A stretch of DNA of 64,000 nucleotides from contig NC_045699.1 of the NCBI RefSeq assembly GCF_009834535.1, positions 68,572,001 through 68,636,000 on the forward strand. The letters are read 5' to 3'. Source of the DNA: Camelus ferus (lineage: Eukaryota). This document shows, piece after piece, positions 1-9,328 of this stretch; position 1 is the stretch's first letter; each line of letters opens with the position of its first letter. The notes beneath the pieces were generated by a model, which ran no database searches, had not been told where the DNA came from, and saw only the letters and a list, made by a program, of their open reading frames with translations. Both the position numbers and the translations under genes were made by a program.

Positions 1-332
1 TGGTAGCAGATTAAAAATGCTGTTCTGCACCTTCACAGCCCAAACACCTAGCACTTGGGCCAGGGCCCACAGCCAGTTAAGGGCAAGGCTGGCACTCAGG
101 CTCGGGACTCTGCATCCAGTGCTCACGCTAGACAGTAGCCCCCTCGCCCCCTAACTAGCCCACAGCAACCAACTCAGGTCCAGCTTGGTTCTAACAACCA
201 CACAACTTGAAAGCACTGAGAAATGGCCAGTGCTGCTCTCTAAGTATCTTCCCTTCCATCCCGTAGAAAGGACCTTTAGGCTCCCTCCCGCTCTACCGCA
301 CCTCCAGGGGATGGGCGGGCTGCTGGGCTCAC

Positions 333-439
333 CCTGTCGGCCTGCTTTTGCTGCGCGGAGATGGCAGAGAGCGTCCGCTCCAGCTCTCCCACGCGCTGCC
401 TGGAAGACTGCAGGCGGTTAGCGAGATCCTCCGACTCTC
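333..439 (-). CDS. GOLGA2: GOLGA2 coding exon 12
   Basis: tttcag|GAGAGT...GACAGG|gtgagc; (G)[35 protein letters not shown]. Confidence 0.95.
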
Positions 440-3400
440 CTGAAACAACGGTTAGAAGTGAAGCCCAAAGAAGGAATCCCACTGAAGGCCTGCCAGCACG
501 CCTGGCTGAAGGGTGAGAGGATTCCCACCTGCTTTTTGTCTGGCTGCCTGTTGGGTGTGAGCCAGAGCTGACTGTAATTCTGACTTCTCAGACACTAGAA
601 TCCCAATAGTTTGAATGTGGACCTTTGGGAGAAAGGCCAAACAAGTGGTGAAAAAAGCAGAAAAGCAATGTTTCCTAGGGGACGTGAGGGAACCTGGTAC
701 AGTCCACGAACCTGCAGCTGTTCTCTTAGAGCCCCTTGTTCCTTCGCAAGCTTTTGCTCAAATCCCTTCTTCTCCTGCAGGAAGAGAGAAGAAACAGCTC
801 TTACTGGGAGGAGGGAGAGATGGAACAGCAAAGGACATGCCCCCAGAATGCCACCACTGGCCCAGGACAGGCCCACCAATGAGAACAGGTAATTAGCTGC
901 CCAGGTAGTTGGGGTTGGGGATGGAGCAGGGAGTAAGCCCTCTATTTCTCCAGACTGCAAGCAGACAAGAGGAGAATGGGCCTCTACATCTGAATCCTCC
1001 CCCAAACTCATCAGCCACGTGATGATCAGACGAAGAAATCACGTTACCTTTTCAAGTTGATCCAAAGCCTCTTGGTTCTCTTGTTTCTGTGGAGAGAGGC
1101 AAACGAAGGTGACTAAGGTTGTCCCCCTCTCCCACGATCCTCAGACCAAGGAGAGGGGATGACCAGGGACCAGGAATGGGTTTAAAAGGGAGAGTTCATA
1201 GGGACATGAACAGATGAACTCTTCTCAAGCCAAGAGACTTTGGGTCTTAGGGGGCGTTTGCTCACAGCTACAGAAATGAGTCTGAATCCAATGCCCTTGA
1301 AAAGACAATGACATAAACCCCTAGAAATGAAGTCTGAGATGGGAAAGCCCACCCTCCGCCAGCTCACGATCTGGAAGGGTGCATATGCTCAATGGATGTT
1401 TACTGAGCACACACCGCAGGCCAGGTTCTGTTCTTAACAGCAGGGATACCGGAATGAAAAGGATCTTTAAATCTTTGATTTTTTGAGCTAAAAGGGACCT
1501 TGGACACCCTCAAATTCTATTTCCTCGGGAAACTAAAGCCCAGGGAGGAGAGGTGACCTGTCCAAGGTCAAAGTCGGAGCAAATCAAGGGCTGAGTCAGG
1601 CCTGGAACATACCAGTCAACTAGTGCTTCCCCTAGAGGTGAGAGACCCGGGGCGAGTACAGAGAGGATTCAAGCAGGGGTGTCTGGAGAACAGAGCAGGC
1701 AAAGAGAGCAGCCACAGAGAGAGCCATGCTGCGTGCCCCGTGCTCCGGGGTCCCTCCAGCTGAGACCTAGGCCCCCCGGCACCCCATTCTCCCTTGGCAT
1801 CAGGGGCCCCCAGCCCCTTTCTTTAGAGCCCCAAGGTGAAACTAGAGCCCCAGATTGGCAGCGTGGAATCAGAGGACAACACTGGACTCTTACCAATTCC
1901 TCTATCTTGCTACTGAGTTGTTTGTTTTTTAGATTGCTGGAGTCCAAGGCTACTGATAGTTCTTGGTACCGGCTCTGAGGCGCATGCAGAGAGGAGGAGG
2001 AGGAGTTGGAAGAGGGATGGGGGAAGAGGTAGAGAGAGCAATCATTAGGGTTGGGGGGTGTCTGGGCTGTCTCAGCTGGCAGTGGGGCACCCAGCCCCCA
2101 CTGTGGGAGGAGGTGGGGTGAGGGCGGTGACTGGCCTGCAGGGTCACTGGGCCACGGTCCAGGCCCACTTACCTCCAGTTCCTTTATATTATGAGATGAT
2201 AGGCCCTCCCCATTGATGTAAGATGTAGACTAGGAGAGATGAAAGGGCTCACATGGAGACATTCTCTGTCCCCCTCAAGGCCTAAACCCTCCAACATCGT
2301 CCGCATCAACTGGCAACACTTTCCTTTCTGCCTAACTTGGCCCCCTCCTCCCCCCTTAACCCCTTTGTGCCAGCTTCTCCTGGTTCTTAACTCCCCCTTG
2401 TCCCTCCCCTCCCAAGCAGTTCTCATCAGCAGGATAAAATGATGGAACCAATCTCGTGGTCCAACCTCTTCATATGTACAGCTTCAGCAAGGAGACTCCA
2501 AGAAGTAATGACTAGCTAAACATTATCCAGCCAAGCTGTCCAGTCCCAGGATCTTCCCTCCCTCTTGGGAATCTCTGCCTCAGTTTCTTTCTGTCCTATT
2601 TTCCTTCCGTCTCTAGCCCCATCTGGGCTTCATTTTTGGGGTACCTCAGATACAAGCCCGTTGAGCTGCTGAGATAGTTGTCGCAGGCTCTCGGTGGATG
2701 AGAAAGATCTGGAGATGAACACAGGAGTCAAAAAAAAAAAAAAAAAAAAAAGAACACAGGAGTCAGGGGTGCAGTAGGCTCAATGGGAAAGAGGGGGTTC
2801 ATGGGCAGTGGCCGAGGGATTGCTGCCCCCCACGGGAGATACTCACGTGCTTTCATCCATGGTAAGAGGACCATTTTCAACATCATGGTTCTGTTCAGGA
2901 AGAAATGTATGAGGCAGTCATTCAATTTCTGGTAAGAACCATTCAAGGGCAGGGCGAGCCAAGCTCATTCCAACAACCTTCCATCTCCTTGAACCTTAAG
3001 GAACACCTGGTGTTGACCTCCCCCATCCCAGTCCTCGGGAAGGCACCAAGGCTCTAGGCACAAGCTGCCTGAAGAAAGGGGAATGGATCCACAGGAGGTA
3101 CAATCCTCCGGGAAGGAGGAGGGCTGAAAACATGGTGGGGCAGTGGGCACAGGGGGAAGAGGCACAAACCTGAGTTGATGCCATGCTAGTGACACGGGGG
3201 GGACTAGCACTGGGGGAAGTGACACCGCCAGGTGACATGGTGTCATCAGCAGATGGTGAAACAGGAGCAGCGTGGTCTTTGGGCGCCTGTCACAGAACAG
3301 AGCAGGGGGTTAGGGGGACATGCAGGAAAAAAGGCACCTTGCTGCCATGAATGCAGGGGTACAGAGCGGGTAGGACAAGTGTCGCTGCAGTTGGAGTGAC

Positions 3401-6400
3401 AGTCACACATGCTGAGAGCCACTCTGGGGTGTGGCTATGGCTCGCCCAGACAGCGGGCCACTCTGCAGCCTTCTGGATGGTCTTTGTGAACACAAACAGC
3501 CTCGTTCACCCTGGAGCTCAGCAAAAGACAGGAACAGGCTACCCTGCGGCAGCCACAGCAGGTAGAAGGAAGGTGTGCCAAGTCGGAGAAGGAAGGCACT
3601 GCTCTTCCAGAAAGCCAGCCTGTGCCTCACAGTGACCCTCACCCTGAGCCCCTGCCGGGCAGAAGGCGGCAGTGATGAAGGAGGAGAGCTACCTGCCTGT
3701 TCCCTCTTTCCCCTCTTGCTCTCCATCCCTTCCTTCCTCCAACCACTGGCTGTGTTTCCCCAACTGATTCAGGTCCTTTCTGGGAAAGAAGCTGTCCACC
3801 AAGAAGCCTCTCCCTGCTCCTGGAGGTAAAAAGAAAACCATGGCCACTGCCCCACCCTAACCTCCTAGCTCCAAACACCCACCCAACCAAGAAACAAGCT
3901 GAGAAACCAGACATAAGATGTCTACCCTCTGACTCTCAGCAGCCTGGGAAACAATCATGGGATTGAGGACCAGGAGCCGTGGAGACACTCCCTCTTCCCT
4001 GAATGGACCCACTTGCTGGCCAGAGCCCCACTCAGCTTCTCTCCAGGCTCAGGCCTGACACTCAGTCCTAGCCTCCGGCTCTAGAGATTTAATGTTCAAC
4101 AGGACAGATGGGAAAAGAAATGGGGAAGAGGGTTGATAAGCTAAAGACTGACGAGGGAAGAGCGCTAGGGAGCCAAGGCCTGGCCAGCAAAGCTAGGTCC
4201 AGAAGAAGAGGCTGCACCTCTCCTGCGGGAAAGAGCTGCCTGCTCTCTGGACCCCTCAAACCTGGCCTCTGGAAACCCAAATCCACTGCCCTCTTTAGAG
4301 CAACTGTTATGGAACCTGGAGGAGCTGAAGATAAATCAAGCTGTTTGTGTGGTTACTGTCCATGCTGTGACCTTTGACCCTGGAACCTGGTGTTGCCTTG
4401 CCAACCTGTACCACTGAACCTAACCAGCTGGCTAGGCATGAGACTTCGGGGGAGTGGAGCACACTCTTAGCCATGGGCCCTGGCCAGATGCCTGGGTCCC
4501 TCCTGGCATCTTGGGTGCCCACTGATCCCTAGCATTAGAAACAAGAAAGCTCAGAAGGGGAAAAAAGTATTTTTCTGAGGACTTAAATATACATAACATG
4601 CCTATTCTGTGAGCAACCAACTTATTTCATAATTTTGAGTCATAAAGCTAAGTATGGAATTTTAAAAATCACTGTCCATTCCCCTCAAATGTCTCATTCC
4701 ATTAAAAAAAATTTTTTTTGCCATTTTTTAGTCCTCATTTCTAGAAATACCATCAGCTCTGCCCAGGATACTGCCATCACAGGCCTGCAAAACTAGAGTG
4801 GAAAACTTCAGTGGGAAATAGTTATTGATGTAGAGAGAATTTTAAAACAAGAAGGGAGTATGGGACTCTGGGTCTTCATTTCCAGGAAAGCAGAAGGATG
4901 TGGACCCAGAACCTTAGAACATGAGTGCAGACTCAGGGCTTCAGGACTCCTGCTGGCCTGTGCTCCCCTCCTGGTGCCACTCACAGCGTCTCCTCTGAGC
5001 AGACAAGGTGAGTCATAGCACCTGGACAGACCCGACCGACTGGGCGTGAGCAGTCCTGATGACTGAAAGACTGTAACACCAGCCAACAGTGCCCCATCCC
5101 AGCCCCTCTTCCCCTGCCCATCTCCAACAGGACCTAGCCCCATTCCAGCCCCACTCCTGTGGCCTGGAAGGTGTCCCCTGAGGAAGTTAATTAAAGGAGG
5201 AAGTGCCAACGTCATGTCCAGAGAAGGTCATCTCCTAGTCCAGTGCACCCCAGGCTCCTCGCCTTTCTGGGAAGTACTCTGTGAGCTCATAACCCTGGCA
5301 TTACCTGTATTACACCCTCTGCCTGGGACTCCCATTTCCCCTACCCTCAATATGGATGATTGTTACCCACCTCTATGACTAACCAGCCTCAAATGCCACC
5401 CCCTCCAGCCTCAAGTCCGTTTAGAACCAACCTCTGCCTCAGTTGAGCATTTGAAATGTTGCCACATTCTACCTTGCTTCCTTCACCTGTTTTCTCCAGC
5501 ACCTAGCAACGAATGTGCCTCTGCTCTCAAGAGCCCACTGAATATGTTTAAGTGTCCAGTTGATTTTTAAAAGAGAGTAAGGGCAGAATGTCCTGATCAC
5601 TCATGTGTTTGGTTAATCTCACATCCTTTACAGTTAGTTCCACTAAAAAAAAAACAACCCTCAGTCCTTGTAACTATAATGCAAACTCTTAACCCTACAT
5701 TCCCTACTCCCAAACCAAAGTGAACTGATCAACTCAAAAAAGATCACACACTGCTATGTGGTCTACTGGTGTTTTGGGGACAGATGCCCAGGGGGCAAGA
5801 CCTGAAGGTTTGGTTTTATTTAACCTCTCCTAGTGTGATAGCACCATGGAGCACTCAAACCTGAGGCTCAAAAAGCCCAAATCTCATACACCTGCTCTGG
5901 AAGCTATTCCCAAATTACCTTTAACCTCCAAGGAGCATCTCACCTTCTCCAAGATGATAAAAGATATGGGGGTGGGAGGGAGAAAAAAAACCCAACCAAC
6001 CAAGCAGGTGAAAAAGCAGACATGAACAAGCCAAGGGTTAATGAAAGCAACATAAAATAAGCCAGAGGCAAAGTATCCCCCAAACCAGAGAAGCCTCAGG
6101 GCATGCAGAGCTGGGAGGGAGCAAGCCAGAGAGGGGGGTCTCGGCACTGCCTCACCTTCCATTTGTCCAATGGGGGGATCGCTACCCCATTGGAGCGGTT
6201 AAGGTCGGACACCAGCACCTTCAGAATGTCCTGAATCTACAGGAGGCGAAAAGGGGAAAATAAGGGCAAGGGGAGAAAGAGAAAAGTGGCTTAGAGAGAG
6301 GCAAGAAAGTCAGGGAAGGAAGAAGAGGTGGGTTCAGGGCAATGGAATGCTGGAGAAGACAGAAAGGGATCAATACCACGGCCTGTGCCAGCTTTTCAAA

Positions 6401-8850
6401 CAGCCACTTGTTGCCTTGCCAGAGGCAGAAATCCATGTAAACAAACAGAAGGGGAAAAGTCCCCTGAACAATGCAGTCACATAGCTCCTTAGATAAACAA
6501 TGCAGCTCTTACTAGCTCCTTAGACCTTCAGGTCCGAATTATTTAAACCAGATTTCAGAATAAGGGTCTGCTTGAACAAAAGGGACTATAGCTAAAAAAT
6601 AAGTTTGAAAGACAATGATCTGATCCAACAGTATCATCTTACAGATGAAACTGGGGCTCAGGGGAGGAAGCGATTTTCCTGAGGCCACCCAGCAAGCTGG
6701 TGGCAGAGATGACCTTGAAACTCAGATGGTCTCCTAATTCAAGGGGCGGGGGCTCTCCTCACCACACCCTGTGGCTCTGCTGGTGCTTCTAATGGAGAGA
6801 CTGAAGGCAAGTGGCTGCCCCTTGAGGCTGGGGGTGAGGGAGATCACCTGAGCAGTAAGTCAAACAGCAACCACTCCTTACTGAATGTTTACTCTGCACC
6901 AGGCCCTGTATTAAGGGATTAGTATAAAAACAAAAATCTCATTTAAACTTCATAAGTGTAAACTTCATAACAGTATTACCCCAATTTTACCAATGTGGAA
7001 ACAGAGACCCAAAGAGCTTAAGTAATTTGCCCAAAACCACATCTCCAGCAGAGGCAGAAGGTAGTATTCAAATCCAGAATTCTTAACCAATACCTGATAT
7101 TTCTTTCACAATCTTAACCACTACCCTCTGCCGTCCCCTGAGTACCCCATCCCCGGAAACTGGCTAGCCAAGACTTACATCCTTAGGCGAGGGACAACCA
7201 CCAGAAGTGGTTGCCTCAGGGCTACTGCCATTCTTAATCTTTCTTTTTTTCTTAGCTCCTGCAGGAACACCAGGGCTGTTCTTCTGCTGATATTCTCTTA
7301 ACTGCAAAAAGGAGAAGTAAGTCTCATGAGAACTATAAGCCCCCAGGTATTCACATCCTACTTTACAGTTTACAAATTCCTCTTCTAATTGCCATCTGAT
7401 TTAATGCCACAACAACCCTACAAGGTGTTGTAATTCTCAACGACTTAAGAAATGAATTGGTAACATGGCTAGAGAAGGAGAAAAGCAATAATGGACAATA
7501 GGTAATTTAAACTTATTCTTCTGACTCTGAGTTCTGGGGTTATGACATCAATCAGCAGTTGCCAGGGGGCAAAACCAGAGGCAGAGGTGGAAAAGTAAAC
7601 ATTTAATCAGACATCAGGGGTCCCTCTCACACATCTGTTAGAGCTGCACACCAGTACTTCTGAAACTTTTACATCAATGTATCCTAATGGCAGAAGGCAG
7701 TGAAGACACACCCCTAGCGAATGTGGGAATGTTAACAGAAAGAGGACAATCCAAACGCCATTTCAGAGAGAAGTCTATTATAATCTTACAAATCTATCCA
7801 AATGTCATCCCTAAGTACATTAATATAAAAGGCCTTTTCTCTTATAATAGAACCGAGCAAAACGGATGCTTCAGGCCCATATTTATCCTGTGGCACTCAG
7901 GGCACCCCATGTTGAGACGATGATTTGGGAAAGATTCCCAGCTGTGAAGTTCAATTTCCCAGGATCTGTTCCACAGAACTCCAAAGAGCACTGAATGAGG
8001 GGCACTCTGGTCTCAGAATCATAGGGAATTAGACTGTAAGGTAGAAAATTCTTATTTAAAATGTGAAAGTCTCTCTGGACAGAAACCTGGGAGAAAAACA
8101 AACTAAACAAAGCATATTCTCCCCATTGCCACCCAGAGATATTGTCAATGTTTTGAGATCATTGGTGAAGTGTAGGCTTTTTTACACTATCGACATCTAA
8201 TGATGGGGTACAGTCTACAGAGTAAGGGAGCCTGAAACCTAGATCCAACCTAGGTCCCACAGTCGCGAGGCCCCTTCCACCTAAATTTGTGCCGCGACTA
8301 GAGAAACTGGAAAAGGTGTGAAAACACTAGGGGACTGGGTCGTAAGATCAAACACGGGGCTCGTGGCGGTAATGACAGTTCCAAGGCGGATAATGACGTA
8401 ACTACATTCCACTCCTCCCTACTGACGCCCGAGTCGCCGCTCCGCGGTGGGGGAAGGGAGCGCAAGGCCAGGACCGAGGTCCTTGGAGACCGGGAGCACA
8501 GGGAGCCCAGGGAGCCCAGGGAGCCCAGGAGATCCGGTTCTGGGCGGCAGGAGGCGAGGGCCGAGCCTGGAGCGGGGAGTCCCGGGGGTCACCTGCCCAA
8601 AGTCGCCCGAGGGTGACAAGTAAAAGCGGGGGCTGGGTTGCGGGGGGGCGGGACTAGCTGAGAATACTTTTGAGGGAGGGGCGCCAAAGGGCGCCGAGGG
8701 GCTCGCCCCGTGTGCCTCAGAGGCAGCACGGACTCTGGCCATGGCCCGGCCGTCGGAGGGGTCTCGGGCTGGGTCAGGGAGCCGCGACCCCGCACATTTT
8801 ACCTTTTTCTTGGCCGCAGCCAATTTGCTCTGTCGGGTTTCTTCCGACAT
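333..8850 (-). CDS. GOLGA2: Golgin subfamily A member 2 (GM130), multi-exon CDS span, 3'-partial
   Basis: Twelve GT-AG coding exons join in frame (8850-8803, 7301-7179, 6236-6156, 3286-3170, 2890-2847, 2708-2645, 2229-2173, 1974-1894, 1086-1048, 774-712, 622-529, 439-333). Product [37 protein letters not shown]...[13 protein letters not shown]...[11 protein letters not shown] is the GM130 N-terminus. Confidence 0.97.
529..622 (-). CDS. GOLGA2: GOLGA2 coding exon 11
   Basis: ccaaag|GTCCAC...AAGCAG|gtggga; [31 protein letters not shown]. Confidence 0.95.
712..774 (-). CDS. GOLGA2: GOLGA2 coding exon 10
   Basis: ctgcag|GAGAAG...CTGCAG|gttcgt; [21 protein letters not shown]. Confidence 0.93.
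1048..1086 (-). CDS. GOLGA2: GOLGA2 coding exon 9
   Basis: ccacag|AAACAA...GAAAAG|gtaacg; 39 nt, [13 protein letters not shown]. Confidence 0.9.
1894..1974 (-). CDS. GOLGA2: GOLGA2 coding exon 8
   Basis: cctcag|AGCCGG...GAATTG|gtaaga; [27 protein letters not shown]. Confidence 0.93.
2173..2229 (-). CDS. GOLGA2: GOLGA2 coding exon 7
   Basis: tcctag|TCTACA...CTGGAG|gtaagt; [19 protein letters not shown]. Confidence 0.92.
2645..2708 (-). CDS. GOLGA2: GOLGA2 coding exon 6
   Basis: ctccag|ATCTTT...TCTGAG|gtaccc; [21 protein letters not shown]. Confidence 0.94.
2717..2764 (+). mobile_element. Solo poly(A) insertion (A22) with a 13-bp target-site duplication
   Basis: GAACACAGGAGTC-A22-GAACACAGGAGTC. 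Confidence 0.75.
2847..2890 (-). CDS. GOLGA2: GOLGA2 coding exon 5
   Basis: gaacag|AACCAT...AAGCAC|gtgagt; [14 protein letters not shown](T). Confidence 0.9.
3170..3286 (-). CDS. GOLGA2: GOLGA2 coding exon 4
   Basis: tgacag|GCGCCC...ACTCAG|gtttgt; [39 protein letters not shown]. Confidence 0.88.
6156..6236 (-). CDS. GOLGA2: GOLGA2 81-nt cassette exon 3
   Basis: ctgtag|ATTCAG...TGGAAG|gtgagg; phase 0/0, [27 protein letters not shown], matches the alternative GM130 segment as recalled. Confidence 0.88.
6630..7090. mobile_element. MIR SINE fragments
   Basis: Core-like text ttacagatgaaactggggctcag and cccaattttaccaatgtggaaacagagacccaaagagcttaagtaatttgccc; boundaries approximate. Confidence 0.6.
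7179..7301 (-). CDS. GOLGA2: GOLGA2 coding exon 2
   Basis: ttgcag|TTAAGA...AAGGAT|gtaagt; [41 protein letters not shown]. Confidence 0.96.
8803..8850 (-). CDS. GOLGA2: GOLGA2 coding exon 1
   Basis: ATG at 8850-8848; [16 protein letters not shown]|gtaaaa. Confidence 0.95.
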
Positions 8851-9266
8851 CCCGGGACGGGGAGGGGGAAGGGGAGGGCCACATCAGCACGATCCCGGCA
8901 ACCACTGCGGAGCTGCTTCCGGCAGCCACCGCGCCGCTGTGCGACTGAGCCAGAAAAGGAGGGACCAGGGCAGTTCTAGGCAGCAGCGGTGTGGTGTGGG
9001 CGTGGCCTAAATTCTACAACCCCATTGGTCGATGGGAAAGATGAAAGGGAAAGGGGACGTGGTCAGAACGCCGCGAGCCTGGAGGAACAAGTGGAGCCAT
9101 AATAAAAGCTGCGCGCGCAGCCTTTGTCCCCGCCCACCTCGGCGGGGAGGGGCGGGGCCCGATCTCAGGGTGCGCGCGCAGCTAGCTGTGTGACCGGTTG
9201 TTCATGGTCTCCATTACGGGATTCTGAATACCTGGCGGACCCGAGAGGCCGCTTTCCATCCCCGCC

Positions 9267-9328
9267 CTGGACCCTTCTGCGCTGCAGACACCCCCGAGAC
9301 GGGGGCCCTGGACCCCAGGGCTCAAGAG
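9267..9328 (+). CDS. SWI5: SWI5 coding exon 1 (CUG start inferred)
   Basis: gccCTGg context; phase-2 donor AAGAG|gtgggc matches the phase-2 acceptor at 9659; in-frame TGA upstream at 9225-9227. Confidence 0.65.
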
